Positions 43,733 through 54,085 are shown, counted from the first letter of the stretch. The stretch is DNA of 64,000 nucleotides from Candidatus Xenobia bacterium (GCA_045863235.1 BTUM01000021.1:42804-106803); one strand, 5' to 3'. Numbers and translations: made by a program. Notes: a model not told the origin generated them from the sequence alone.

Positions 43733-45540
43733 CGGTTGATCAGGATGGGCACATAATGTGAGCGCCGCTCTTCCTTGCCGGAGTAGACAGCCAGAGCCAG
43801 CTGGCTGACCTCCAGAGTGCTGTTGGTGCCCACGCTCAAGCCCATGCGCTCGTCATGGGCAGCCAGGCTCTGGTGGCCCTGCAGTCCCATGGGCCAGACC
43901 TGCCAGCCGGTCTCGGTGTTGTAGCGCACCAGCACGCTCAAGAAGTTGGTCGAAGCGACCGGTTTATCGCCTCCCAGCAGCTCTTGCAGGGTGCGACCAC
44001 TGGGCTCGTCCAGGGTCTTTTTGAGGCGGGCGAAAGTGTAGAAGTCCTTCTGGAAGCCGGTGGCGTTATTGACTCCGGGCAGAAGGTCGAGCTCCATCGA
44101 GAGGCCCTGCTCGCACACCACATTCTGCAGGCTGCCCTGTTCGAGGATCTCTCCCATGACCTCGCCCCGCTGGTAGGAAAGGTCAGGGTTGAGGCCGGTC
44201 AAGACGGTGCGCGAGCCGGCCTGGTCGGAGAAGGCGCCACCACTCTCGTAGAGCCGGACTCGATCGCCGAAAACGGCGATTCCCTGGGAGATTCCCTGGC
44301 TGCGAGTGGACGGGTTCCAGTCCGTGCTCGAGCCGACCAGCAACTGGCTGGGGTTGTCGGACTGGAAGGCGTAGACCCTGGCCTGAGCCACCGCCAGGGT
44401 TCCTTTGCTGGGCCGGGGGCCCTGGCTGATCACCGGCTCGCTGAGGGGATCGTTGACCTTCATCAGGTCCACCACCCGGTTCCACTTGCTCTGATCAAAG
44501 GCCAGAACGCATGGCTCGCGATAGAGCTCGGCGTCACGACGCTCAGGGTTGTTGACGATCTCGCCGGCCACCACTTGCACTCGATTTTGAAAGCGAATCC
44601 CACGATAGAGGTAGTGGGTGGCGTGGCAATAGACAACGCCTTCTTCGGCCGCGATGGCCGGTCCGTCCAGCCCCCACCATTCCATGACCGGGCCCTGGAA
44701 CAGTGAGTCGGTGTAAGTGACCGTGTTGGGTCCGGCTGTTACTGTCACCCAGTTGGGCGTTCCATCGGGCTTCCCGTCGATCGTAGCGGGTAGATCCACT
44801 CCGTCTTGCAGGGTGGTGGGGTCGGCGATGTCGTTCCACTTGACCGCCTGTCCGTCGAAGGTCATGTAGAGCAGGTGCTCATGTTCGGTGGTGGTCAGGG
44901 GTTGACCCTCGCCGATCACCGGGACCATTGTGCCGGATGGGCCGGGAGTGAGCGTGAAGTCATACACTGTGGGAGGCGGCTCGGCTGTCCCCTTGGGGGC
45001 CATCACGAAAAGCGGACCACCACGCGCCGCCAACCAGCTGTCCATCCGCGGGAGGGCCCCCAGGCTGGCCCATTTGAACGAGGGACCGAGCGCGAAAAGA
45101 TTGCCCCCCGCATCCTTGGCAAAGAGGAAGGGGAGCCCGCTCACGCCCTCCAGACCCAGGGTCAGCTCTTCCAGGATGAAGCTGCGGTCGGCGCCCAGAA
45201 ATCCTGACGAGCCTGTGGCCTTCAACTCCTTGAGCAGCTTGTCTCCGGTGCCGCCGAAACGCCCGTCATAGTTCTCCAGGCTGACGCGGACCTTAGCGCC
45301 CGAAGCCAGCTCTTCCGAGTAGCTGGCCACCTCGGCGGCCGCCTCGGCCGACTCTCGCAGTTTGACCAGGCAGATCTCCGACCCCGCTCGGGCTGCCAGT
45401 TGCGCCCGCAAGCGATGATCGACGGTGAGCGACAGCAAGATGTCCTGCCGATTGGCGGTGACCAGCGCCACCGACAGAAAGAAGAGGAAGACCGAGATGA
45501 AGATGGCCATGAGCAGTACATTGCCCCGCCGTCGCCTCAT
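43729..45540 (-). CDS. PilX/GspK-like large pilin
   Basis: RRRG|NVLLMAIF (no E5), TM helix, RAQLAARAG helix motif. Confidence 0.75.
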   Translation of the reverse strand: MRRRRGNVLLMAIFISVFLFFLSVALVTANRQDILLSLTVDHRLRAQLAARAGSEICLVKLRESAEAAAEVASYSEELASGAKVRVSLENYDGRFGGTGDKLLKELKATGSSGFLGADRSFILEELTLGLEGVSGLPFLFAKDAGGNLFALGPSFKWASLGALPRMDSWLAARGGPLFVMAPKGTAEPPPTVYDFTLTPGPSGTMVPVIGEGQPLTTTEHEHLLYMTFDGQAVKWNDIADPTTLQDGVDLPATIDGKPDGTPNWVTVTAGPNTVTYTDSLFQGPVMEWWGLDGPAIAAEEGVVYCHATHYLYRGIRFQNRVQVVAGEIVNNPERRDAELYREPCVLAFDQSKWNRVVDLMKVNDPLSEPVISQGPRPSKGTLAVAQARVYAFQSDNPSQLLVGSSTDWNPSTRSQGISQGIAVFGDRVRLYESGGAFSDQAGSRTVLTGLNPDLSYQRGEVMGEILEQGSLQNVVCEQGLSMELDLLPGVNNATGFQKDFYTFARLKKTLDEPSGRTLQELLGGDKPVASTNFLSVLVRYNTETGWQVWPMGLQGHQSLAAHDERMGLSVGTNSTLEVSQLALAVYSGKEERRSHYVPILINR

Positions 45541-47096
45541 CGCAGCGGCTCCGATACCACCAGCATCTCCTCGGCCGTTCCGCCCGCATTCAGACGAAGC
45601 TCGATGCCTTTTCCCACCAGGTGGCGTCGACCACCAGGGCCGTAGCCGTTGACGGCTGAATCGAAGGCTGGATCAGAGCTGGCTCTTGTCGGCTCCATAC
45701 CGACACCTACCCCGCGCGGGGTGGCATAGAACCTGTCCGTGGTCGCGATGGCTACGACCCGGTCGTCGAGCAGGGTAAACTCGAGCGGATACGGGTCGAC
45801 CTGGACCGTGCGAAATCCGCCCGGGAACGAGGGCACCTTGCCGACTCCGAACGCCCGCTCCAGATCATCTCGGGTCATACCCACGTTGTACATCCCCATG
45901 GACTCGCCAGGGATAGCGCGGGCATTGGCTCGCGACGGGGGAGACCAGGCCTGCTGGCGCGGCAACTGCGAGAGGATCAGGGCTCGGACGGCCCGACTGA
46001 GCGTGTCAGGTGAGCCGGGCGAGCGCTCGAGCTGGTTGGCTCTGGCTTGCTGAAGCACCGACCAGAGCACCGCGTTGTCCACCCCGATGCAGTAGTTCTG
46101 TCCCGGGTAGGCGGTCGGTTTGCCCAGACACAGCCCGATCACCTCGCCCCGACTGTTCACCAGCGGACTGCCCGTATTGGAGGGATAGGTCGCCCCTTGA
46201 AGCCGGAAGGTGCCCTCTCCAACCGAAGGAGTGACCTCCAGCATGATGGCCGTCTGCAAGTTGAGGGGCAACCCTGCCCCGGGAGCCAGGGCCAACTCCT
46301 CTCCCGGGCTCGGCGCCTCGGGAGCCAGGGAAGCGGGCCGCTGACCGCCAGGTAAACGCAACACGGCCAGTTCATACTCGGGAACATAGCCCACCACGTC
46401 CAGCACCGGCAGGCTGACGCCGTTGACCATGGCCCGCAGGCCGCTGACCAGCATGGGACTGGCGCGAGTGATGACCAGCCCGTCCGGATCGATCACCAGA
46501 CCGTAGCAAACGGCATCGCCAAAACCCAGCAACTGGACCACCGACCCCTGGGCCCGGGACCAGCCGTCTTGCAGGCTGCCGGCGGGGGGGCGGTTGCCCG
46601 CGGGGGGGAAGGTTCGCCCGGTCGAGGGCGTCAAGGCAGGTGTGGCCTCGGAGAGAGGCGTGGAGCGAGGGCCGGGTCGGTAGCCATGGCTGGAAGAGCC
46701 GGTAGGATAGGCGCTGGAAGGCAGCTCGACCCGCGCCACCTTTGGCCTGGCGGCCACCGGGGCGTTAGCCGGGGGGGTCAGCCGGGCCTTGAGCTCCTCC
46801 ACCTCTTTGGGGACGAGCTGCTGTTTCTTCTCAGGCCGTCGGTAGCCCGTCCCGGACACGATCAGGAAGGTGGGAGGCGCCTCCCACCTGGTGCCACCAC
46901 CCGATCTCTGGGCAAAGTGCGGCACCCCGCCCTCGGCCGCCTTCCGGTCGACGGGAGCGGGCAGCTTCAGGGGGCGAAAGGCCAGGAACCAGCTGTAGGA
47001 GAGTCCGAAGCCGAGCAGGCCGGTCAGCATCGCCACCCCCAGCGCCATCAAGAGCTGCCGGCGAGAGGGAAAATTCTCGTCAATAGGAGCGTACAC
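45537..47096 (-). CDS. Membrane-anchored trypsin-like (HtrA-type) domain protein with degenerate catalytic motifs
   Basis: N-terminal TM; SVVQL, GLVIDPDGLVIT, YELAVL, SNTGSPLVNSRGEVIG. Confidence 0.7.
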   Translation of the reverse strand: MYAPIDENFPSRRQLLMALGVAMLTGLLGFGLSYSWFLAFRPLKLPAPVDRKAAEGGVPHFAQRSGGGTRWEAPPTFLIVSGTGYRRPEKKQQLVPKEVEELKARLTPPANAPVAARPKVARVELPSSAYPTGSSSHGYRPGPRSTPLSEATPALTPSTGRTFPPAGNRPPAGSLQDGWSRAQGSVVQLLGFGDAVCYGLVIDPDGLVITRASPMLVSGLRAMVNGVSLPVLDVVGYVPEYELAVLRLPGGQRPASLAPEAPSPGEELALAPGAGLPLNLQTAIMLEVTPSVGEGTFRLQGATYPSNTGSPLVNSRGEVIGLCLGKPTAYPGQNYCIGVDNAVLWSVLQQARANQLERSPGSPDTLSRAVRALILSQLPRQQAWSPPSRANARAIPGESMGMYNVGMTRDDLERAFGVGKVPSFPGGFRTVQVDPYPLEFTLLDDRVVAIATTDRFYATPRGVGVGMEPTRASSDPAFDSAVNGYGPGGRRHLVGKGIELRLNAGGTAEEMLVVSEPLR

Positions 47097-47242
47097 GGAT
47101 CAGGCGGACTTCTCCTTTGCGGGCTTGGACCGGGCTAGAAAGGATTTGTTACACAGAATTATATCAGACCCCTGTAAAGAAATTGTCGACCCGTTTTTCC
47201 GGGCAGGGAAGGGCCGGACGCCCCGGGAATTCCCTCGGACCG

Positions 47243-47992
47243 ATGACGCTCACTCTGGCTCCCCGCGTTCCCGGCCTCCTGCTCTGGAGTCTCCTGGCCC
47301 TGGCGATCGATCTGCTCGTCTGTTTGATGCTGGCCGGAGGCGACAACGGAGCTGGGGCGTTCATGCTGTTCCAACTGGGTGGCTTTCTGGGCTACCTGGG
47401 GGGCGTCGAGGCGCTGACCTGGATGGCTACAGAGTCGCCCTGGGCCAGGGCTCGCGAGCCTCGAAGCCTGGATGAGTTGCGTCAGGCCCTGCGCGGTCAG
47501 ATCGAGCCGTTGCCGCGGGGTTATCTCAGCCGGCGCCTGGCCGTGCTGCGCCGCTGGGATTTCGTGGGCTGGCGAGGCTACGCCCTGCGCTTGATGAGCG
47601 GGGCCAGCCTGGTCTGGCTATTGGCCACCCTGTTCTTGTTCTATCTGGCTCCCCGTTGCCCTGAGAAGCTAATGTTTCTGGCTTTCTGGAGCCTATTGCT
47701 CTTCATTCGTCTGGTTCCGCTCGGTTGTGCCGCCGCATTCCTGGTTCCCATCCTGCTCGTGGCCGTGCCCAAGCGGCCCACGCCGGGAGAGCTGTTTCAC
47801 GCAGCGCTGGCGTCTGGAGCCTCCGGCCTGGTGCTGCTCCAGGTCTGGGCGGTCAACAAGCCCCCCGTGGGAGACTTTCTGGCCGCTATCCTGCAGGCGG
47901 GCTGCAATTTCTGGGGCTGGCCCTATGCCGTCATGATCGGGGGACTGCTGTGGTATGTGGTGGCCAACCTCACGGGTCAAGCCCGCGAGTGA
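47243..47992 (+). CDS. Hypothetical multi-pass membrane protein
   Basis: About 6-7 hydrophobic segments. Confidence 0.65.
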   Translation: MTLTLAPRVPGLLLWSLLALAIDLLVCLMLAGGDNGAGAFMLFQLGGFLGYLGGVEALTWMATESPWARAREPRSLDELRQALRGQIEPLPRGYLSRRLAVLRRWDFVGWRGYALRLMSGASLVWLLATLFLFYLAPRCPEKLMFLAFWSLLLFIRLVPLGCAAAFLVPILLVAVPKRPTPGELFHAALASGASGLVLLQVWAVNKPPVGDFLAAILQAGCNFWGWPYAVMIGGLLWYVVANLTGQARE

Positions 47993-48653
47993 CCACTTCC
48001 CAGCCCTGACCTTCGACCACCAGAGCGCCTCGGTACGCGCCAGGTAGCTCCAGGTTGTAGAGCGACCAGCGCTCGAGCTCACCGGGAAACCTGCTCCACA
48101 ACAGCGTGGCAGGCTCTCCCTGGAGCATCCCCACCGCGAAGCTGTCCAGGGGACGGCTGAGCCCGTCGCCCAGCGCTTTAATGTAAGCTTCCTTGCGCGT
48201 CCAGCAGGCAAAGAAGGCTTCCCGTTGATGCTCCGGGGGGCAAATGTCCAGCTTGTGGACCTCCTGCTCGGAGAAGAAGCGCCGCCCCACCAGCAGGTAC
48301 TCTACCCGGCGCTCGATCCACTCGAGATCGACTCCGAGCGCGGCACCCTGGCAGGTCGCCAGGAGAGCTGCCTCGTGCGAGTGGGACAGATTGAAGCAGA
48401 GCTCCTCCGTTTGCTCGAGCTCAGGCTTCCCGTGGGGACCGTAGCGAAATCTCAGGCTCTGAGGGCTCAAACCGACTTCCCGGCCGAGCAGTTCTCGCAA
48501 CTGGCCTCGGGCGGCCACGAACCGTCGACGGTGATCGAGGAAATGGAAGCGGTCGGCCCGGGCCTTCTCGTCTTCCGACAAAAAGCTCTCGAGCACTTCC
48601 AGACGCCGGACGGGCGGGTCGAGGCTGAAGAAGGAAACGTACACACGGGCCAT
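47970..48653 (-). CDS. Sfp-type 4'-phosphopantetheinyl transferase
   Basis: GPHGKP, FNLSHS, LGVDLE, WTRKEAYIKA.G.GL. Confidence 0.93.
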   Translation of the reverse strand: MARVYVSFFSLDPPVRRLEVLESFLSEDEKARADRFHFLDHRRRFVAARGQLRELLGREVGLSPQSLRFRYGPHGKPELEQTEELCFNLSHSHEAALLATCQGAALGVDLEWIERRVEYLLVGRRFFSEQEVHKLDICPPEHQREAFFACWTRKEAYIKALGDGLSRPLDSFAVGMLQGEPATLLWSRFPGELERWSLYNLELPGAYRGALVVEGQGWEVVTRGLDP

Positions 48654-48715
48654 TCGGGAGCTGTCTTGAACGTGTCATAGGAGCCGACCTGCCGATTGTG
48701 GAAGAGGGCTGGGCA

Positions 48716-49375
48716 GTGTCGGAATCGGTTGAGATGTATCTTCTGACCATCTATCGTCTCAATCTCGAGGGGGAACGGGCCGGCATCGCTCGCCTGGCCA
48801 GCCGCCTCGGGGTCAGCGCTGCTTCCAGCACCGAGATGATCAAGAAGTTGGCCGAGCGAGGCCTGGTGCAGAAGAACGGCAAAGGCCTCATGTTGACCCA
48901 GGCTGGTGAGCAACTGGCCCTGGGCGTTATTCGAAAGCACCGGCTGGCCGAGCGCTTGCTGACCGACTGCCTCAAGCTCCCCTGGGATGTGGCCCACGAG
49001 CAGTCTTGCCGTCTCGAGCACATCCTCAGTGACGAGGTGGCGGACGCACTGGAGGTCTTTCTGCACCACCCAGCCACCTGCCCCCATGGTCATCCCATTC
49101 CCAATCGCGACGGCAAACTGCATCTTTCCGCCGCCACGCCCCTTTCTGAGTGCCGAGAGGGCGATCGGGCCGTGGTCGACCGCGTGATCGAAGAGTCGAT
49201 GGAGGTCTTGCGCTACCTCGAGGAGGTGGGCCTGCACCCGGGTCGTGAGCTGCTGGTACAGCAGGTCGGGCCCTTCCAAGGACCTCTCCTGATTCGGCTG
49301 GCAGACCGGCCGGTGGCCCTCAGTCGTGAAGTGGCCAGCCAGGTCCTCGTGCGCACTCCCGAAGAGTCAGCCTGA
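48716..49375 (+). CDS. DtxR/IdeR family metal-dependent regulator with FeoA domain
   Basis: EMYLLTIY, RKHRLAERLL, AHEQSCRLEH, CPHGHPIP. Confidence 0.92.
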   Translation: MSESVEMYLLTIYRLNLEGERAGIARLASRLGVSAASSTEMIKKLAERGLVQKNGKGLMLTQAGEQLALGVIRKHRLAERLLTDCLKLPWDVAHEQSCRLEHILSDEVADALEVFLHHPATCPHGHPIPNRDGKLHLSAATPLSECREGDRAVVDRVIEESMEVLRYLEEVGLHPGRELLVQQVGPFQGPLLIRLADRPVALSREVASQVLVRTPEESA

Positions 49376-49425
49376 ATCTTCTGTTCACAAGTTGGTAACA
49401 ATCTTGTTTTGTGCTATACTCTGGC

Positions 49426-49857
49426 ATGGTGATTCGGGCAGTTGGCAGGCGCAAAGGGTACAACATGCTGGAGGCCATCCTGGGCTCCTTCATGCTGGCC
49501 ATGGTGGTCGTTTACTCGGTAACGGTCTGGATTACCCATTCCAAGGCCGTCGGCAAGTCCCGCCTTGAGATGCTGGGTCTGTTTCTGGCCAGCCAGAGGC
49601 TGGAGGAGTGCATTCTCAAAGGGATCGAGGGGCAGACCGAAGACAAGGTGGGAACCGTCGTCAGCCTGACCGCCAAAGTGAACGGAAACGTCAGCGTGAC
49701 CGATTACACCACTTTCATCGACGTCTTTCCGCCGCCCGCCACGCCCGCGATGCCCCCTGCCCTTCGGAGCGTACGAGTGCGGGTGACCTGGAAGGACCCC
49801 AACGGAAATGCCCGGCAGGTCCAGGTCGAGACCTTACTGGCCGGAACGCCTCCATGA
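49426..49857 (+). CDS. Prepilin-type protein (PilV-like)
   Basis: RRKG|YNMLEAIL plus TM helix; LRSVRVRVTW C-terminal motif. Confidence 0.8.
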   Translation: MVIRAVGRRKGYNMLEAILGSFMLAMVVVYSVTVWITHSKAVGKSRLEMLGLFLASQRLEECILKGIEGQTEDKVGTVVSLTAKVNGNVSVTDYTTFIDVFPPPATPAMPPALRSVRVRVTWKDPNGNARQVQVETLLAGTPP

Positions 49858-50441
49858 AACGGTTCTGGGGGCACAGCTTGCTAGAGGTCATGGTAGCGAT
49901 GGCGCTCACTGGCCTTTTGATGCTGTGCGCTCAGCAGTTGCTCGCGGCGGCCGCCCGCTACTACCGACATTCCCAGGCCAGCATGGAGCTGCAGCAATCC
50001 CTCCTGGCTGGTTGCTCCCGTGTCTCGGTGGAGGTGGGGGAGAGCAACTATGGTTCCATCGTGGTGGACGCGGGGCCGCCGGCCGGGATCATCTTCATCA
50101 CCCCCCGCAGATTCGACGGCAAGACCAGCATCGTCAACGGCAAGGCCCAGTGGTTTCGCATGGTGGCCTTCTACTCAGAGATGGTCAAAGGGGAGCCCTG
50201 CCTTGTCTGGAAGGAACGTGGCATCCCCCCCACGAGCGTTCCCCCCTACCCGGCCGTGGGTGCCCCATGGGACAAGATCAGCACCTGGCAGGGATTTGCT
50301 CAGCCACCCAAGATCATCGCCCGGCGGATAACCAACTTCACCGTCACAGACACGACGCCCTTATTGTTGCAGATGACCGCAGCTGACCCGAGTGGACGCT
50401 ACGAGTTCATGGTGGAGTCCAGGGTGCACCCCAAGAACTGA
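49854..50441 (+). CDS. Prepilin-type protein (PilW-like)
   Basis: MKRFWG|HSLLEVMVAM; ATGA overlap with upstream gene. Confidence 0.8.
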   Translation: MKRFWGHSLLEVMVAMALTGLLMLCAQQLLAAAARYYRHSQASMELQQSLLAGCSRVSVEVGESNYGSIVVDAGPPAGIIFITPRRFDGKTSIVNGKAQWFRMVAFYSEMVKGEPCLVWKERGIPPTSVPPYPAVGAPWDKISTWQGFAQPPKIIARRITNFTVTDTTPLLLQMTAADPSGRYEFMVESRVHPKN

Positions 50442-50452
50442 GGGAGATCCTT

Positions 50453-51871
50453 ATGAAACGACACGTTCAGAAGAAAGGCACGTTGCTGGTTACCATCATC
50501 TGGATCACCACGCTGATCATGATGATGATGCTGACGGTTGGCCAGGGGGTGCTCAAAAACCTCAATGATGGGAGGCGGGAGACCGAATCCTCTCGGGCAC
50601 GTTATGCGGCCTATGCGGCCACCCAGCGGATTCTGGCCGAGTTGCGAGCGAATCCCGGCTGGCCGGGCGCCAAGTGGCCCGAAACCATCACGGATACCCT
50701 GCCCCAGGACCCGAGCCTGCAGTACACTTGCGTGGTCTATAACAATACCCACAGCGGGTCGACCCGGTTGGTCCCGGGCACCGGGGTCAACCTGCCCAGC
50801 GGCCTGGTCTATATGAAGACCACTGGAGTCGATCTGAGCAGCAGTTCGGCGGTCAAGAACTACGCCGCCGTCGCCGGCACCGCCGTGCAGCAGACCGCTA
50901 CCTTCGACTACGCGGCGCTGGCCGAGCGCCAGACCTCCCTCATCACCAGCGAGGCGGATGCCTACGACCGCACCAAGGGTAATTATGATCCCTCGAAGCT
51001 CGAGGCCAAGAAAGCCATCGTGGTCTCCAACGACCAGCTGGCCATGACGCTGAATGCCAAAGTAGACGGTCATATCGAGATTCTGCCCGATGGCGTCGAC
51101 CCGCTCACGGCAGCTCCCATCACCCGCTACGCCGGTGATGCCACCGCTCAGATCACCGATAATTCTTTCCTCGGTCCGCCGATCGGAGCCAAGATCAATA
51201 TCGCCCCCAAAGCACTGGTCAAGTACAAATCGCCCCTCTCGCCCGTGGTGGGCAAGGACATCTCGGCGGCAGGCGTGTCCACGAGCAGCTATACCGACAA
51301 GAAGACCGGCAAGACTTACACATGGAAAGAGCTCAAGCCGGGGGCCTACAACAACCTGACGGTCGAGCCGGGTGAGAAGCTGACACTCAAGTCAGGTCGC
51401 TACTTCTTTGACAAAGTGGATCTCGATTCGAGCGAGATCGTCATCGATGACAGCAAGGGCCCGGTGGTGGTCTTCATCGGCCAGGAGCTGAACGCCAAAA
51501 ACAACTCCTACATCAACGACGGCGGTTATGCCCGCGCGCTGCAGATCTACTTCACCGACGAAAAGCCCGACATCGACCCGCTCACCGGGCTGCCGCCGGT
51601 GGATCCGCTGACGGGTCTGCCGTTGACCAACGCCGATGGTACCCCCCGGACCAAGTCCGATCTTTTCGTGTCCAGCAACAGCAAGGTGACCTTTGTGACA
51701 GCCGGCCAACATACCGACATGAAGTTCGAGCTCGGCTCGGAGCTCTTCGGGGCGGCCGTGGGCTACACGGTCACAGCCACGGACAGCAAGCTCCACTATG
51801 ATCACAGTTTGAAGGGCGCCAACCTGGGCATGCAGGGAGGCTGGGTGCTGGACGGACTGCACGACCTGTAG
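50453..51871 (+). CDS. PilX-like large pilin with beta-helix-like C-terminal domain
   Basis: KKG|TLLVTIIW, TM helix, RARYAAYA; LKPGAY..L..GRYFF, LFGAAVG, LHYD..L. Confidence 0.75.
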   Translation: MKRHVQKKGTLLVTIIWITTLIMMMMLTVGQGVLKNLNDGRRETESSRARYAAYAATQRILAELRANPGWPGAKWPETITDTLPQDPSLQYTCVVYNNTHSGSTRLVPGTGVNLPSGLVYMKTTGVDLSSSSAVKNYAAVAGTAVQQTATFDYAALAERQTSLITSEADAYDRTKGNYDPSKLEAKKAIVVSNDQLAMTLNAKVDGHIEILPDGVDPLTAAPITRYAGDATAQITDNSFLGPPIGAKINIAPKALVKYKSPLSPVVGKDISAAGVSTSSYTDKKTGKTYTWKELKPGAYNNLTVEPGEKLTLKSGRYFFDKVDLDSSEIVIDDSKGPVVVFIGQELNAKNNSYINDGGYARALQIYFTDEKPDIDPLTGLPPVDPLTGLPLTNADGTPRTKSDLFVSSNSKVTFVTAGQHTDMKFELGSELFGAAVGYTVTATDSKLHYDHSLKGANLGMQGGWVLDGLHDL

Positions 51872-51892
51872 CGGCCAGAGCCCTTTCCGCGC

Positions 51893-53827
51893 CTATTCAG
51901 GGGAGGGCGTCAGACCGGTAGGCTCCTCGGTATGATGGTGCTCCTCGGGTCCAGGCTCGCTGACCACGTCAGCGTGGATCCAGGCTTTCAAGAACGGCAC
52001 CAGCATCATGCAGAGAACTCCCGCGATCAGGGCGGCGATCCCCACCTTGCCGAAGACATCCCCGTAGATATGCACCGTCTCGATGGGTGGTGGGATGACC
52101 TGCTCTTTCCCCTCGCCATGACTGACCGCGGTCAGCTTGGCGATGATGCCGGCCAGGATGTGGGACAGCGAGGTCGCCAGGAACCAGGCCCCCATCACAG
52201 TGCTGACAATGCGGGCAGGGGAAAGCCGGGTCACCATCGAGAGCCCCACCGGCGAGAGGCAGAGCTCTCCCGTCGTGTGCAAGAGATACCCGAGAACCAG
52301 CAGGTTCATCGCCACCATGCCCCGCTCATCACAGTGCTTGGCCCCATACCACAGAACCAGGAAGCCCAACCCGAGTTGCAGCAGGGCCAGCGAGAACTTG
52401 AAGGGCACGCTGGGCTCGCGACCTGACTTGCCCAGAAAGTCCCACAGGGCCGTGAACACGAGTCCGAAGATCAAGATGAAGATGGGATTGGCGGCCTGGA
52501 ACATGGATGCCTTGATCTCCGAGCCACCGATGTCCATCCCGATGTGAGCGGAGGTGACCGTCCAGACAATGGTCTGCTTCTTCTCCTCCTTCAGCGTCGT
52601 ACGGATCTTCTCGAGCTCGGTGAGATTCACGACCTGGCCAGTCGACCCCGGGCGACCATCCGGAAATCCAAGCAACTCCTGGGTGGCCTGGATTTCAATC
52701 GTCTTGCCAACGTCCGCCTGAGTGAGCTCGCGCTCCTCCTCCAGCACGCGGTCGATGTTGCGGTCCGTGAAGTTGTTGATCGAGCTCCCAGCTTGCTCGA
52801 AAAACGCCCAGAACAGCATGGAGAAGAACATCATGATCAAGACGACCAGCAGGCGGTCGCGCTCGACCTTACGGCTGGTCATTGCCTGAGCCGCCAGCCA
52901 GACGAAAGCTGCCAGTCCAAAGCAGTTGAGCAGGTAGGTGGCCACCTCATTGCGCTGCAGCAGCAAAGTGACCACCGGCAGCGCCAGCAACACGCCCAGG
53001 AAGACGGTCGTGTCGTTGCGCAGTCCGAGAAAGGAGGTTCTGGAGCAGGCCTCAGGGTTGCGAGGGCGACCGGCCTCGGCCGGAAGGCCGCCGCGCCCCA
53101 GGGCCATCGTCGCGACGCCAGCCGCCGCCAGCAAGGCAAAGGCCGTGATCGTGTTGACCATGAATTGGAAGTCGTTATCGGAGATTCGGAAAAGGCCTGT
53201 GGCCGTGGCCAGAGCGCCGGTGACGATCAAGGCCTGGGTGAGGCCGGTGGGAGCCACGAAAACGGCCAGGCCGATCAGCATCCCGATTGTGGCCAGCCCG
53301 AAACCCATGTGCCAACCGTAGACCTCACCCACGTAGCCGCAGAGCAGGGGAGCGATGGCTGCTCCCAGGTTGATGCCCATGTAGAAGAGGGTGAAGCCAC
53401 CATCTCGCTTGGGACTGCCTTCGGGATAGAGCGAGCCTACGATGGTCGAGATGTTTGGCTTGAAGAAACCATTGCCCAGAATCAGCAGGGCCAGGGCAAA
53501 GAAGAAGGCCCATTTGTGCTCGATTCCCATCAAGAGGTGGCCGGCAGCCATGAGGCTGCCGCCCAGCACCACGGCCCGCCGGGGCCCGAGGATCTGATCG
53601 GCCAGGATGCCGCCGATAAAGGGGGTCGCGTACACCATGGCGCCGTAGGCGGCATAGATGCCATAGGCGATCTCGTCTCCGAACTTGAGAAACCCTTTGG
53701 TCATGTAGAGTAAGAGCAGGGCGCGCATTCCGTAGAACGAGAACCGCTCCCACATCTCAGCGAAGAAGAGGGTGTACAGTCCGACCGGGTGGCCGAACAG
53801 AGTTCGTTGTTGGCTGTTATCCGCCAT
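51893..53827 (-). CDS. POT/PTR family peptide:H+ symporter (MFS)
   Basis: GHPVGL, EMWERFSFYGMRA, GNGFFKPNIS, FYMGINLG, GELCLSPVGLS. Confidence 0.95.
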   Translation of the reverse strand: MADNSQQRTLFGHPVGLYTLFFAEMWERFSFYGMRALLLLYMTKGFLKFGDEIAYGIYAAYGAMVYATPFIGGILADQILGPRRAVVLGGSLMAAGHLLMGIEHKWAFFFALALLILGNGFFKPNISTIVGSLYPEGSPKRDGGFTLFYMGINLGAAIAPLLCGYVGEVYGWHMGFGLATIGMLIGLAVFVAPTGLTQALIVTGALATATGLFRISDNDFQFMVNTITAFALLAAAGVATMALGRGGLPAEAGRPRNPEACSRTSFLGLRNDTTVFLGVLLALPVVTLLLQRNEVATYLLNCFGLAAFVWLAAQAMTSRKVERDRLLVVLIMMFFSMLFWAFFEQAGSSINNFTDRNIDRVLEEERELTQADVGKTIEIQATQELLGFPDGRPGSTGQVVNLTELEKIRTTLKEEKKQTIVWTVTSAHIGMDIGGSEIKASMFQAANPIFILIFGLVFTALWDFLGKSGREPSVPFKFSLALLQLGLGFLVLWYGAKHCDERGMVAMNLLVLGYLLHTTGELCLSPVGLSMVTRLSPARIVSTVMGAWFLATSLSHILAGIIAKLTAVSHGEGKEQVIPPPIETVHIYGDVFGKVGIAALIAGVLCMMLVPFLKAWIHADVVSEPGPEEHHHTEEPTGLTPSPE

Positions 53828-54085
53828 GGCTAATGCCCTCGCACTTTGGTTTTGCACATTAGCACAATCTGACGAACGCGCTGGAACGAAGTTCCAGCGC
53901 GTTGTAAAGTGCAGGACCAAAGGCCCTGCACTTTAAGTCTGACTCGCATTCCTCAGGTTTACCTCAGGCTTACCCTGGCGATGTTGCGAGGTTCTGAACT
54001 TATCGAGCGAGAGGGAGGTCGAGGATCCGAGGGGCGACGAGCGAAGCTGGCAAGACCAAAAGCGTTTGAAGGGGCACCATCGAGA

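Noticed and set aside
47970..48653. PPTase (with the P450 at 15 kb) as a marker of a biosynthetic gene cluster
   Set aside because: No NRPS, PKS or carrier-protein gene in the window; the two genes are 31 kb apart.
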